Shown here one piece after another: positions 34,070-48,795 of a stretch of DNA of 64,000 nucleotides. Source of the stretch: Takakia lepidozioides (taxonomy: Eukaryota; Plantae; Bryophyta). The notes under the pieces were generated by a model. That model saw only the letters and a program-made list of their open reading frames with translations. It was not told where the DNA came from and made no database searches. The stretch is taken from contig CM060732.1 in NCBI GenBank assembly GCA_030704615.1, forward strand, positions 10,850,001 to 10,914,000, read 5' to 3'. How positions within the stretch are numbered: the stretch's first letter is position 1; each line of letters begins with the position of its first letter. Position numbers and translations under genes: made by a program.

Positions 34070-37000
34070 GGACATCACCGGTTTTTAGGGCAGCGAGCCA
34101 GTCAGTTTACCCTTGTACGTACCTACCACCTCGTTTACTATCCATTTGGAGCTGTGATACGAAGTTTTCATCCCCGCAGCAGGTAGGCAGGTAGTTAAAA
34201 TCTAGTAGGTCGTAGAATATCACATATAGCACCCCCTCAAATCCAGTAGAAACACGCCACGTCAGCGAGTCTTCTCTAAAAATCGGTTATGCAGCTTAAG
34301 TAGAGAAAGGGGCTTATATTTGCCCCTATTTTACTCTGTAAAGGGCCTGAGTTGTGAGCTGTCCGGTCGCTGAGTCCCAGGTTTCCTTTTTGAAAGAAGG
34401 AAAAAAAAAAAAGAAGTAATAGAGATGGCAGCAGCCTCAGCTGCAAGCTGTTTTATCCTGGCATGATTTTTGGGCGCATGCGACTGCAACGGACCCATGT
34501 GGGCAATCCAGTGCTCTCTGTTGTGTGTGTGACAGTTTGCCTGCTCATCTGAGAAAGAGAGTCTAGATCCGGGATATATGCAAGGTGTGAAACGGGGTTG
34601 AATGAGTCCTATTCATTGGTGGAGGGTGCAGTTAAAGAGCTGGTGCAATGGCTGCCAGGCTTCGGATCCATCATTCAAAGCTTTGTCTCTCCTGTTCATA
34701 AGTTTCAGTCAATTGGGAGCAAGTCTGAGCCTGAAGAGCATTGAACTTGGCAGTTCATTCTCCGCTGTGATGATGAAGTCCAGGTGACGGCGGCATGCAA
34801 AGTTTGCAGTCTGCATATGTATGGGGTGGGATAGAGAAGACGGCGGCAGGTGGATGAATATCGTGGAGGTGGGCACATGAGGGTCCAGTTGAGGAATTTG
34901 GCGTGGCACTGGATCCGAATTGCTGGGATGTATTTCCTTTCGTTGCGCTTGAGGTGTGTGGGTAACCAGTGGTTGGGTGTGTGCGTAACCAGGGTATCCT
35001 GGGTTGAATCCTTCAACCGTCCACTGGGCCCTGGAGACCTGTAGAGCAGTAGGCTATGTAAATTTAAACACAATGTTTAAACCTTTTTTTGTGGGCTGTA
35101 AATTGTAATATATTGACTGATTGCACCTGTGCGCTGATTGCCTAGGACATCAAACATTCCTTCTTGAATTCTCTGGACGAACTTTCTTCTTCATTGACAA
35201 TTGGGTTTTGGTGGCCTGTAGGATGCATACTTTCCAAGTACTTATATTATATTCCAGCTTTCAAGGCAAATCCATAAGCGTGTGGTGAGCTCGAAGGACG
35301 TGCCGGCTGTGAGCCATCCATGAAGGTTTGTCCGGCTCGTGGTCCAAGCCATGTTCAACCAATGTGAACGCCATGCGCGTTGGAGAGCAGTCAGATTTAA
35401 TTTCATAATCTACCTCTTCATTTGCCCAATGTGCATTGAAAGCGTGGAAAGCAAATTTGGAATGAATTATAAGAACCAAAACTATTTTAATGGAGATTTC
35501 GTACCCCCTGGCTTTCAAAATTCCGATGTTGGGGGAGACTACACGAACAGTAACCATCATATTCCACATGCCGGTTTCAGTCAATGGATTTTGTTAGGTT
35601 TTCACAGGACCAAAGAAGCACAAGAACAGCTGACCGTAAAGGATGCAGATCTCAAGTAATGGAAGCCTATGATGGCGCTATCCAGAGCCAAAGATCCCCA
35701 TCAAATAAGGACTTCCATCTTATTCCAAATTGTTGACAAGTGGGGAATTGGTTGTTATTGAACTCATACCCGAACGCACAGACTTGAGTTTGTTGGCACT
35801 TGATTACTCAGGGCACAGAAAAAACGCCTGGTCAGTTGAGCAATGGTGATGTGTAGGTATGTGGCCTGGGCCTGGGCTCCATCATTCAAATCGAGACTCG
35901 AGACCACAGTTTTGAAGATGAGTTATGGTGGCGAGAGGTCGTGACTCCGTAACTCTTTCCCTAGACAAAAGTTAGTTCTACGAGCTTCCAGCAGAATGAC
36001 GGTTAGAAACCCAATAAAGCAAAAATGATGCGCAACAAGAACCCCTGTTCTGCGGGCCTCTTCACAGGAAAATTGGTGACGAATCAACAAGAGAAACATG
36101 AGCGCAACAGGAACCCCATGGAAAATGTTGAAGAAAACTGATGCATAATGTTCTGAAAGAAGAAGGAATTGCACAACATGTTTCTTCAGTCGTCAAGCCT
36201 CGGGAGTCCGGACCCACAACTTGACTAGGCTCTAAGTTTGAAGTAGCACTAGTTACAGAGAATTAAATTCCATCCACTCATTGAACATTCCCTAACCCAC
36301 CAGCCACGTCTGGCAGTTGCTCTGTGGCATTGCGTCACTGCAGGTATGCATTGAAGGGACCAAAGCAATGAAGGAAGGAAGGAAGGAAACACTGTCTGAT
36401 ATGTTTCAGAAAGGATGGCACTTCTGTCAGAGGTCAAAGGCAAAGGAAGAGCAGAAGAACAGAACACGTTCTCCGACTCTCTGAGTCAAGTGCGGTGCAA
36501 GCATTGAATGAACAACTGTTGTTGCAGCAACAGTGCCGGTTGCTAATATAAGCAGACAATCCTATCTTTCATGAGATTTAGAGTAGCATTCTTGAACAAA
36601 GCGATCGTCCAAATGAAATGCATGAATTAAACGTCTGATCAATGATCAACGCGTATGATCAATTAACGGAAAACTACTGTCCCTGAAAACAGCCTCGATT
36701 AGAAGTAATACTAGTTACATGTATCTAGTGCAAATGATTACTAAAATCTACAGAAGAACGGGCTATTTTGGAAGTACTTCTAGTTTTGATGATTGCTTAG
36801 AAATTCGGCCCATCTTTGGAGCTTGACCCTTTCACATGCAAGAAGGGATATCTGCTAGATCACCTATATGATATTTCACAGATTTCGATAGGAGTATACA
36901 AATCACATCTAACTGGTATTAACAGTTCAGCAGACTTGTCGTCCTACCTAGTCAATGTCATTGGGAAGAGACAAATCTGCCATTGAAGACTGAAATTGGA

Positions 37001-40000
37001 ATCAACATTTGTACAAAGCAAGAGTCACGGAAGGCTTACAGTAGGTATTATATATCAAATGGTATGAAGACAATCAAGGCTCACAATCAATTTTATTCTC
37101 ATCGGCAATTATGTGTCCGGATATGTTGCCACTAAACAAGGCTTAAGATGTTTTATGCTGAGACTCTGAGCCATCATTAAATTAGAGTCTTTTTTATTTC
37201 TCCGCACAATAATAGTTCCAAGTACAAAATGCCCGCAGTCAAGCCTTACATCAATCAATCAATCAGCTTGAAACCAGCCTTGAGATGGGAGCTGCATATC
37301 CTTGTGAGGTTACAGGTATGTCCATTTTGAAAAAAAACCAGACTGGTACTGCTAGGTCCAACTTGGCTCTTGGGTCCAACTGGTAGGGCCCGGGGTAGGT
37401 TAGGACTGGCCAGGGTAGGTTATAGGATGGGTATGGGTATTTCCAATTTTGAGATACCCTGGTCCAGGCATGGGTATGGCAAAAACTCAAATGACATATG
37501 GGAGGAGCATGTGCAATGGTATGGTATACCCTAACAGTCATCATACTGTATTCAAAGCTAAAATTAAAACCAGATTGAGGACGACATACAAAAGGTAAAA
37601 AAAAATTGCAATCACACATACCCATGCAAATTAATTTGTATTGCTCATAAATTAGTGAAGGTCCTTGTATTGTAAGACTGGATTATAACAAAAATAGGAG
37701 AAAAGCTGGATGCCATGACAAAAACTGAAGAAATCCTGCATATTGTACCTTGTATGCTGATCATTGTATGCCATACCTTCTACCCCTATTGTATCATTAC
37801 ACATACCCATGCTAGCTTAGGTTCATCAATCCTCAATACGGGTCTCAAGCGGAGTATGAAAGTAGTTCATACTTAGACTGGTATGGTAGGTAGGTAGGTC
37901 CAGTGTTCAAAACCCGGGTCCATGGTATAGCCGGGGTATATGCCCCAAGACATACCCAACTGGTATGTTCTACAATACCCTTACTCATACCAGTGCACAT
38001 ACCCAAGGCCTACTGGCACATACCAGTACAACACTGGTACAAACATACTATCATAAACTTGTTGGCATGTAATGCAGACGTGGAGAGAGACCATGTTGCC
38101 CATCTTATTATATGCGCATGAGTCCCGGACTTGGAGCAAACAATCCTTCGCAGACTCACAATCTCTGGGCGCTTATTTGCATGCATGAATCCTTCCAGAG
38201 AGGGTCAGCGTCATGGAATTCAAAAAGAAGGCCCGGGAAACCCCAGAAATTATTAACGTACCCGAAAATAGAAACGACGGCAGAGGGAATTTGCATTGGT
38301 AAGTGAAGTATTGGCAGGAGTGAGGCTGCACTGAATGCCCCTCTCCCACACTACACTACACTACAAAAACCCAGCACTGTGTTCCTGCTGCCACTACTCT
38401 CATAACTGCACCCTCACCCTCCCCTTTCTACTTACCAACCTTTCCCCCGCACCCCTTCCTACTTGAACCTTCCTACTTGAAAATACAGAACCAGTGTTGG
38501 GCGGATATAGAGTCATCAGGATATCAACAGCAGGATATCAATGTATCCGGACCCAGAACCGACATTTTGTTTTAGTATCCGGGCTAGATGCATAACCTGC
38601 CGATCTGAAAATACAAAAAAAATTCCTTTACCTGGTGTAATACCCTGCGGATATCCGGCCAATACTGTCAATACTTGGCGGATCCCAACCCTAAACTTAA
38701 TAACCGGATGCATACCCGGATCCGCAAAAGATCCGCTCTAAAAAGTACTTCACTCTGGGATTGTGGGAGAATTGCCACTGGAATGAGGGAAGAGTCTTGT
38801 GGCCTACTGTGCATTTAGTAGGGATATTGTATCAAAGAAGGATATACAGTGGGCCCTGGATAAATGTTACCTCCTTATACTTATGTTTTATATCTCTTTT
38901 ATTGTTATGTGATTTCTACTCTCTAGAGTTTTACACTAGAAAAGAGTGAAAGAGTGTTAAATGTCGGCCCTCTTTAATATATATTTTTGAAATAAAGTAT
39001 TTTAAGAAAAGAGAGGACAGACTCAGGCTGGCAAAATTGGTGGATAGTTTGGTGGCACTGTATATATCAGAAAAGCCTGTTTTTATGGCCCATTGAAAAA
39101 GCCAAGGCTTGCAGGCACTGTTCACACACCCAAAGTGTTTGTTGGATGTGGTTTCATTTTCACCTGGCCCTAGCTGTGTGAACGCGTGTGGAAAGAAATG
39201 TGGGTTTAGGATAAACAAATATATATAGACGGGATGGATGAGGTGATCGTTCACTCAAAACTCATAACGTCATCCATGTCAAGTCTGGAGGCCAAGTCGT
39301 CATCCATTCCGTTGAAAACATCATCCGTCTCTTTCCGACAGCTACCCTGTTTTTAGATAAACATTTAAACAATATTATTTGCTATTTTCTTCTGTCCGTA
39401 CACGACCGCAGTCGCTGTTCTTATCTGCCCGATGGGATTTGTTTTTGTTTTTTTCCAATTAACTTTCATAACTAATCACGGAAAATAATTATCAAATTAA
39501 CCATAATTAAAACAGAGTTACCGAAATCCCTGACACTGACCGCCCTGAAAAACCACGTGAATATCACCGACCGAAGGTCGGTACTGCGAACCGAGGAACG
39601 TACCTTCCCGACTGATGGATGGATGAACAAGTGGTCAAACGGATGGACGGCGGTCGCTGCGCTTTTGAGTATTGGGTCGTCACCCGCACGCCGCTCGTCT
39701 CCCTCCCTCTCCCTTAAGCTGGACACCAGCACACAAAGGTTCTCTCTTTCTTCCTCAAATCGCTGGCGTCCTCGGTGTGTGTGCTTCTCTGTTTCAGGAA
39801 ATATCTCTCTTTCGTCGAGAAAGGCTGGTCTGTTTTTGGCTTTGAAAGGTTGGGTGTTTTGCTGGACAGCTCTGCAAATGTTTAGGCTATTTTCGTCTAG
39901 TCTCCCGAGAATCCCTCGCGCCGTTGCTGGCTATATTTGTGCTGTATTTCTGGTGGCACCGAGTGCTGTATCTCAGAGGTTCAATGGATGTAGAAGTGAT

Positions 40001-40679
40001 TGATCTTCCTGCACGTATGCGATCTTCTCTCGCTGCCGACGTCACTTTCCCTCCTCCCGGGCTCTTTGTTAAGATCAAGGAGGTCATCTGTCTCTCTCTC
40101 AGCCTGCGCTTGCGCGTCTCTTCCTCTGGACTCTTCCAGTTCTTGCTAGCTCATCAGTTATAATCTGATTGCTTCTCGGGCTGGCAGACGCTCTGACCAC
40201 CTGTCTTTGACAATTACTACAGTTCAGGCAGAGTTTGTTTAATACAGTCTCGATACCAGCGGTCTTCAAAGAATTGTCTCCCGGGCAATGTGCACAACAT
40301 TTTCTCCAGGGATTTGTGTCGAAACATGAGAAATAGAATTGTGGCGGGACTATGGGTGCTAGTCTTGTGAGTCTGCAAGTCGTGCAGCAGATGACAGTGG
40401 TTTATCTCTTTCGTTGAAACTAGTGTGATGGAGGCCAATAATTGCTTTGGACGTTGTGGTTCTGTCCTTGACGCCCATTCCTTGCCGAGATATCCCCAGC
40501 TTCTTGTCCTCTCCAGTACCCTTCGCTTGCATCTCACTTTGTTGTGAAGCAAAGTATTCCATTGGATCTCCGTGGGAATTACAGGAGTTTGGCAGTCGCT
40601 CTTCACATATTTCTTGGTTGCTATTCAAGGCCAGTGAGACAGTGGGTCCGGCTCGAAGGAAACGAGAGAGAGAGCATCG

Positions 40680-42757
40680 ATGGTTACGAACATGGATTTG
40701 CAAGAGTCGCCTAAGAAAGGTGGTGGCATCTTATTTATGGACCGGCCTACCACAGTGGATTGTGAGAAGGAAATCAATTGCTGGATCTCGTTTCGAGGCT
40801 TTTTTAGGATATTCCGAAGGACGGGTCGAGCTCGCACCAACAACTCTAGAACTGTCAGGGTGAGGGCTGTCGAGTCCGTGCTTGGAGCGGCCGTCACGGG
40901 GACCCTCTATGGCCAGAGGTACGGTACATCTCCTTCTGTTTCCTCATTGAATATATATTGACGTGGACCACCATGTCGATGGAAAGATAAGAGTGTCAGC
41001 ATGTGCAGGGTTCAGCAGTATTGGATGATCTGCATGGTTGAAAGATTGTTGCTCGTGTAACGAATTCAAAGATGGAGTTTACGTGCTTGTTGGATTGGCT
41101 ATTTCGGTGCAGAAATCCTTACGTCAATGGTTCACCTGATGATGTCAAGTCATTCTTAAGTCAGGGAAAATTTCGTATATCTTTGGAATCTAATCTCTGA
41201 AGGCTCTTGAATTTCAATCGTTTGAGCTCGTCATCATTCTTCTGTATTCCCCCGTACAATACAGGTTACCCAGGCATGGTGGTTCAAGTGTTTGATCAGC
41301 TGTGCCTCTATTGACTTACACGCTCTCACCGCAAAGTTTGTCTTAGAGCATGTTACTAGTTTCCTAAGAAGTTTCGCGAGGCGGGGAATATCATGGTAGT
41401 CCTTTTACCTATGCAATGTCCGTCACTTTCCCTGATTGATATCATCTTTCGGAGAGAATTGGGTTTCGCTTCAAGGACCCTCACTTTGGACCTCGTGTCC
41501 ATCTTTCTGTCAATTGAGATTGCAGTTTCTTTCATTAAGCGCGCTTGTGGGGCGCCCAAGTTTTTCTCCCTTGTTGATTCCGATTAGACTGCCAGTCGAA
41601 GGCTGCGAATAGATATCGGCCATGCCCAATAATTGCACGAAACACCTCTAGGCAGTATGTTAAAAGTAAACTCAGAGCTCTCACAATACTCTAAATGGCT
41701 CGGCTCACCTACAGTTGCTGAAGAGTAGCTAGCGATCTCATTAAAGCTCCCCTCCGGTACTCAGGAAACGGTTCGCGGAGTGAAGACGTGTTCTCATCTT
41801 TCTCCCCCGACTGTCTCTTGATTGTCAATCTTAATCAGCATGACACCTAAGGCATTTGCATTTTTCTTCGTGCAGGAAGGGTCGGGTTACCTTCTGTCTG
41901 CAAGAAGGTCCGAAGACCCCACCTCTCGTGTTACTGGAATTTGCCATACCCACCTACTCTTTGGTCAGGGAGATGTCTTCTGGGTTGCTACGAATTGCGC
42001 TGGAGTGTGAAAAATCCAAGGGGGCCAAAGATTTGAAAGCTGGGGGCCTGTTTGCAGAGCCTGTATGGAACATGTTTTGCAATGGCCGCAAGGTGAGCAT
42101 GAAACGAAAACCTCCTGTTTTTTTGTGGCTGTGAGGTGGAGGAAGCTCCTTGGGACACGAATATATCACGTAGGATGTGTCAGAAATGTCTTCACCTAGT
42201 GTGGGCCGGAAGAGAGGCCCACTGCCTCATCTCAAAGAGAAGGAGGTCAACTTTTCAACTTCTTTTCCTACCTCACCTAGCCAGTACTCGTATTTGCATG
42301 TACAGAGTTGGTCTATGATCTTGCTTTCTCCACAATGTATATGATCTTAAAGGCCAGCCAAGGATTGTCCAGAATCAATGAATCCTCTGGACAACCAGTT
42401 CACAAGAGAATGTAGTAGGTTGTTTTCACAAAAACGTTTGTGACAAAATTTGCCTAGTCTTCAATAGGGTCTGAATTTTTTCTTTCTCTGGATGTGATTC
42501 AGGTGGGTTTTGCAATCAAGCGTCAGATTTCCGATTCAGATCGGAATGTCCTAGGCCTGATGCAGTCTGTCACGATGGGAGCAGGGGTCATTCCCCCGGA
42601 AGATGAAAAGGCGGTTGATGCAGATGAGGAGATCATGTACATGCGAGCCCGCTATGAAAGGGTTGGGGGTGCGCCTGATTCTCTCTCTCTTCACATGATA
42701 AACCCTGATGGATCCCCAGGACAAGAGCTCAGTATTTTCTTTCTTCGAGTGGAATGA
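40680..42757 (+). CDS. MIZ1: MIZU-KUSSEI1-like protein (DUF617), 3 exons: 40680/40692-40918, 41876-42092, 42503-42757
   Basis: VTGTLYGQR|KGRVTFCLQE…LLEFAIPT…EMSSGLLRIALECE…WNMFCNGRK|VGFA…SVTMGAGV…YMRARYERV…HMINPDGSPGQELSIFFLR; GT-AG junctions keep frame. Confidence 0.9.
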
Positions 42758-44855
42758 CCTCTATCCAGTCTCTATATTTTGTGAATGTAAAATACCACAT
42801 CCTGGGGGCCCTTGGAATATTCTCTCAAGCCCTTAGTCTGTCAGTGCCATTCTTCACTTCGTGGCAGGCTCTTAAGCTCTGGGTTTCTCTGGTAGGTTAC
42901 TTGTGGTCTCAGCTCTTGGGGCACCTCTTAGTAAGTACTCATTTCAGTATCTTTTTTGTATCATTAATGGAGTTCAACCCACAGTATGAAAGCCCTCTTG
43001 TATCGTAAGTCGGTGAGGAGTTTGAACCCGTCCTTAGTTTCTGTAGGCTTGATATTATGTCATCTGGACAGTGGTGGCTGATTATGGCAACTTTGTTTCA
43101 GAAGAGTATGTGTAATAAGCTAGGAGGCTTTAGTCTCATTGAAAAGATGAGTACACAAGCCTGTCAAAATGATGGATTTGAGGGATCTCTGCGGAAGTGA
43201 TCAAGGTGGTGGGTGTTCAAACACTGAAATTTTAAATGATTTTGACTTAACTTTCTCAAGTTTTTTCTCAGTTTCCCCTCAACATGCCATAGACCCTTGT
43301 ACTCACTGCAAAGAGACTCAGAAAGAGAGAACTGCAGGGTATGTACCTATAATACAATCAAACTGCAAACTACCTGTCAGTATTAAATCTCCATTCTCTC
43401 CTACATCCCCAAGTATTTCAAGTAGAGCTGTAGACCTGCAGTAGAGCCAATTGTGCAACATGGGAAAGGTTCCTCTAAGCGCTCAACTCTTCAATTGCAC
43501 ACAACGGAGCAGCCACTCCTTCAGTATCAAACCTTTCACAGAGCTAACGGACCAGACGCTGCCTACTGTAAGCGCTAAATCTCTGATACACAACTTGTTT
43601 AGAGCTTTTCTCTGGCATCCACACACCACTACTGTATCTATCCATTACTTCTCTATGAGACCTTCAACCCACTGGAGTTATCAACAAGCATGAATGGCCT
43701 AGAAAATACTGCCAGTTTTGGATTAGGAGCAGGATGGAGGGTGGAAAGATCCCACATTTCTATCCGACCAGAACTTGATTATTTATGGTACACTGCGTAA
43801 TATGATTCAGTCCCAACTTCACTTCCTTATGTTGCTTATGACAGAACCTGCAATAGGAAGCTGTGGCCTATAGCAGCAGCCGCACTGCCCTTCCGCCCTC
43901 TTTCTTGCTTCAGGCGCCTAGTTTTGTGTCTTTTCCTGTGGATTTGTTCCAGGTGCTCTGTTTTTGGGCCTCATCGGACGTACTGAACTTCTTCGTTCTA
44001 TGCTGAGTTCACCCTGGTAGCTCAGGGCCATGGCCACTAGCAAGGCCCACTCCTCGCTAAGGGAAGCAGTTTTGTCTTTCTGTCCATACGAGATTGGATA
44101 CTGGATGTTTCAATAGCACCACTGTAATAATGGGGATTATGCTGGACAAACATAGAGTCCAGGGGGGAATATGAATCAGTGAACAACCTTTGCAGAAAAG
44201 AACTTGCCGGCATTGTGGACGGAAAGAATACAAGAGATTATTGTTTATGATTCCATCGTGAAATTTGCGAATTTCTTCAGCTAATCCCACAGCCAGACTA
44301 TGAAGTGTGCAGGCCCATGCCATATTCAAAATCGTTGAGCACTACCAAAATAGATGTTGACATCAAGTGTTAGCTCTTGCGTGTATTACTGTGCAGAGAC
44401 AAGTCCGAGTGTAGAAAAAACGCGAAATTTGCAGCTACTCCTGGACACCACGAGAGCTGCAAGATGAGAATCTGTAGAAATCATTGTTGAACGTCACAAC
44501 ATATATTTCAAGGGAGGCACACATTGTATCGGGCCGTAGAAGACTCGTGCAATGGCAAATCGCTGTTTATGTACCTACGAATCGCTGCCAAGTGTCCAAT
44601 GTCTGAAACGTCCATCATTCCGCAGACAACTGGGGTTTCGCAGAGATTTTGGCGTATGGGTTGTTGACAGAATTCTGTGAGCCGTTCTGGGTTCTGAGAG
44701 GCTATAAGCCGCATTTTGAAAAAAGGGCCTTATGGACAGCTTGGAAGAGAGTGTAAAAAGAGACTATTGCGAACAGCTCAGAACGTTCCTTTCAGCGGTT
44801 GTTGAATGTATATCTAAGCTTCACCCTTTCCTGCATTAAAAGAGAAAGGCTCCAA

Positions 44856-45230
44856 TTAACGATCGCTCCATGAAACCTCAAATGTATCCTCCTCCATGAA
44901 TTCTTCCAGCTCTCTCTCAAGAGCATCTTCCAACCAAGTCTGGGCTTGGGTCAAAAGAAACGGGCTGGTTCTGATCATGAGAAGGCAGAACTCATATTCG
45001 TTCAATTCTCCGTCGCCATCCCTGTCGCCCACCATGATCATGGCACGAAGGTCATCGTCGGTCATGCCTTCAAGGCCCAGCCACCTCGCATTCGTCTTCA
45101 GGCTTGCAAATGTGATCGTGCGCGTGTAAGGGTCCGCAAGCAAACGGAATCCACTGCAGAGCTCCTCCATGAAACCCTCTTCGTCCAGTTTCTGAGATAT
45201 AATCGGCAAGAAATCATGGAATTCCACCAT
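44856..45230 (-). CDS. KIC/PBP1-like single EF-hand calcium-binding protein
   Basis: FHDFLPII…EELCSGFRLLADP…ITFASLKTNA..LGL…GDRDGDGELNEYEFCLLMIRTSP; intronless, 124 aa from the ATG at 45230. Confidence 0.88.
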   Translation of the reverse strand: MVEFHDFLPIISQKLDEEGFMEELCSGFRLLADPYTRTITFASLKTNARWLGLEGMTDDDLRAMIMVGDRDGDGELNEYEFCLLMIRTSPFLLTQAQTWLEDALERELEEFMEEDTFEVSWSDR

Positions 45231-46061
45231 CTCCGCTTCTCTGCGTCCCGGTGTTAACCTCTTCTTCCAGAACCACACGAACAAAGCTGAAAGAAGTGTG
45301 GCAAACCTCATCTCATTTCCAAAGAAAACAGGAAATTTCCACATACCCTCCAGGAATCCAAGCCTGGGGTGCCCCTGAACCGCTTGACCTCAATTGCAAG
45401 ACATACGAGGAAAGAGAAACACAGCCCCCTTCATCTACCTTGCACTTCCGCATCAATTTCTCAGAAGAATCGTCAACACTTGATCCGGCGAAACTCAACC
45501 GCCCACTACATGAAAAACGCTTCCAAAATGCAGACATTTATAGAGCTGAATTGTATGCAAGTACGGAGAGACAAGGAAGAATCCGGGCGGGCAGATGACC
45601 GCAGATGAGTCAAGGCAGCCTTGACCTTGCCGCAGCGGGCGCTTCCCTACTCGGTCTTTCTCTGGATGAATCCCATCGCCCAGCTGGAACTACTCATCCA
45701 CATTCTGACCTGTTCAGAGCAAATGACCGACAATTGAATGAATGCCTTCATCGAGGATAGTGGCGTGGAGGAAGGAGATGGGCGCGTGGGTCGGTGCTCA
45801 CTGTGAGATGGCTGCCTTGAAACTTCTTGTTCCTTGTCAGAGCAGAAGAAGGTCACGCTGGGGTGCAGACTAGGGTGGACACAAGGTTGCTACGGTGGTG
45901 GAAATCCTTGAAGAATTTCACCATGCGGTCCATGATGACCTAGATTGCATTGGATTGTGTGTTTCCTTGGCACATAGATGCAGGCTTTTCAAGTTTCAGA
46001 GGAGGGGGATCGCACCAGTTGGCATTCTGGAAATTTTCCCGGTGGAGCTAAAGGTATGGTT

Positions 46062-46814
46062 TGTATAGAAAATTATCGACAAGGATAGACTTGCACGAGT
46101 CCGGAATGCCACAACGAACACACTTCTTGCATAGAATGAGAGATTTAAGTCTAACACAAGATCAAAGACTATATACCTAGCTTCCATACCTTAGCATGAG
46201 TAAAGGCAAGAACAAAAAATGAGTACCGTTCAACGATCGTGCTTGGCTATGAGTAATAGTAACACATACTGGTGTGCCCAGTAAGTGGCAAGTCCGGTAA
46301 GCGGCGGAGCTTGGAAGTGGATCCTGGCTTTTCTAGATCATGAGTATACTCTACGAGTAGAGTACCAAATACTCTGCAGTTGTAGTTTCTAAATTTCTAC
46401 ACTCCCACTTGGTGAGCATTCTCTTGCAGATAATGCGATCTGGCCGATTTGACTAGATATCTGATCTTCCCACTACTTCCGTTGACCCTCCCACTGCTTC
46501 CTTTGCAGGTAAGAGAATCATGCCAAGGAGTATGCGAAGCTTTTCGAACCGATCAGCCGGTAGTGCTTTCGTGAACAGGTCAGCTAACTGTTGTATTGTC
46601 GAAATGTAGAGGACGTTAATGGTGCCGAGAATCTGGTGCTCACGAATAAAGTGGTACTGGACGTCGATATGCTTAGTTCGACGATGAAACTCAGGATTGA
46701 GCTTTGATTATCGGAGTACAGCTTCGTAGGCTGAGCTTGAGGAAACCCCAGGTCAGTAAGGTGCCGGCGGAGCCAAACCACTTCCTTAGTGACAGTGCTT
46801 GCAGCGATAAGCAC
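46062..46814 (-). mobile_element. Ty1/copia remnant: RNase H, PPT and 3' LTR
   Basis: KEVVWLRRHLTDLG…LYSDNQS…RTKHIDVQYHFIRE…QLADLFTKAL; PPT AAGTGGGAG then TGTAG at 46401; far LTR end approximate. Confidence 0.8.
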
Positions 46815-48795
46815 TCACTTCATTCATAAAAAATAGGGGACAAATAAAGGCAACGCACACTTCTAGATGCCACTACCTTACTATGGTCTCAACAAAGACC
46901 CACCGTTTTCTACTACTGTACCCTCGTTTTGGTTTCCGACCTGCTGCCTGCATATTCCAGACTTTGTGGATGGACAGGGTCTATAGTTGTTGACCTTCAT
47001 AGATGGACAGACAACATATTTGCTGACCTCATGGATGGACAGAGAATGCAGAAGTCCAACTGTCCAAATTTGCAGCAGGCGTATCAGATTGGGGTCCACC
47101 TTCTACACCCTTGTGAACTTGTACCTCTCTTACTTATTATTTCCTCTCTGTTACACCATTTAAAATCTCACACCCGCAAGGTAAGCGGGCCAACCATTCG
47201 TAGCTTGCTACCTACCGAGTCGCAACAGGGCGAAACGTGACATATCCCTAGTCCGTATCCGTCTCGCAGCTTTAGTTTCTTTCTTGCTAATATGGGTTGG
47301 GATGAAGTCTGGAAGCCTTTGAGTGGAATCGCTCAAAGTTTTGGTCAAGAATCTTCGCTTTGAAACTTTCCTGGAATATACTGAGTTGTCATGTAATGTG
47401 CGAAGTGGCTCAAGCCAATTCATGCCCACTCTAGGTTTGATCAGTACTGAATCCTCCCTCCATTCCACTCCACTCCGTCACGGTATTTGTTAAGTCATGT
47501 GCACTCAGTTTTATTCCCTATTCCTGATGAAACAAGTTACCCAGTTGGGTAACTCGCAGTTCTGTGTATGAGCTGATATACAAAGAGGTCAGCACAAAGT
47601 TTCTTTGGAAGTTGCAGCTAAAAGATTGATGTATGAAGTTCAACAAGTTGGAATTTTCAGCTGGCTGTATTCATTGTAAAGGGCTGGTGGGGTTTGGTAA
47701 CTGTTCCTGCAATATTTCTGCGAAGAAGATAAATGCAGGCCTTCTGGCCAACGCTCGTGAACGACAGTAGTACAAAAGACCAGTAGGATTCAGCTCAAAT
47801 CTTCCTCTGGTAGCTGTTCACAAAGTTGTCACGTACGCAGCGGATTTAGGGCTGACCCAGCTCTCGAAATTTTTCTCAGGCACGACTAAAACTCCCGGAA
47901 AGTCCCGCGGTGTTCGTAAGTGTACGTAAGTCTGTAGATGAGCTTTGCGAGAATCGGTGTGTATATGTACGTACATAAGCAAATGGATGAATTAAGTTGG
48001 CGTGTCACTGTAAGGACATCTTCAAGATTTGAATGATCACAAGTACAGCTTTGCTGGGAGGAGGCGATCGGAAGGATGTGGGAGATTTAGAGGAAGAAAT
48101 ACTTCGAGCTGCTAGAATCTGGAAAGACACGCCAGAAACCCATGAATCTCGAACTCTTCATAATCTCCAAAGGAAAACTTTATCTCTCTCCCAGAGCACG
48201 CTTCTCAACCTCAGTCTGTGGCTAAAGGCTACTGTGAGTGTGAGGTGCACTACTTGACGTACTCTCCATCGCTTTATCTCTTCCCAGTGTTGATACTGAA
48301 TGGCGAGGAAATGCATGTAGATGGAATAATTTCACAATTGAGCTCTTGGCCCAGCTCATCCCGAAATCTGAAGTTGGGGGTAAGAGTTGGAATTGTGGTC
48401 ACTAAGAAAGCTACAAACTGGACAGTCTCAGAATCTGGCAAATGAACACTTGACGGTTGGAAATTTCGTGACTAAGATGGCCGACAAAACTTCCGTCCAG
48501 CTCAAAATATCGCTGTGCGGCCAGTGCCATCTAGGTTCATCCGTTGAAGAGGAGACTTCTATTCAGGTGTAAAGAAACAAGAATTCGTGTTAGCTCAAAA
48601 GTCCAAACGGTATAGAGCTGCACAATCGAGACTCTGTCCCAAGCCAGTGCAAGTAGGAGTCACTTCCCCGTGATCAGGAAATGTTATTCACTGGGTTCAC
48701 TGGCCGATTAGGAGCTGGGGGCCGAGTGTCGACCCAAACGTCCTGACATTAGTCCCTAATAGTTGTAAGCTCGGGATCTGAAATCAAGACAGCAA

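Noticed and set aside
34380-39700. Possible small gene(s) around 35260-35660 and MITE-like stretches at 37300-38740 and 39220-39660
   Set aside because: Could not build a consistent exon chain or define termini by eye.
45231-45344. 38-aa N-terminal extension of the EF-hand ORF
   Set aside because: Family similarity starts near the ATG at 45230, and the upstream ORF start is not an ATG.
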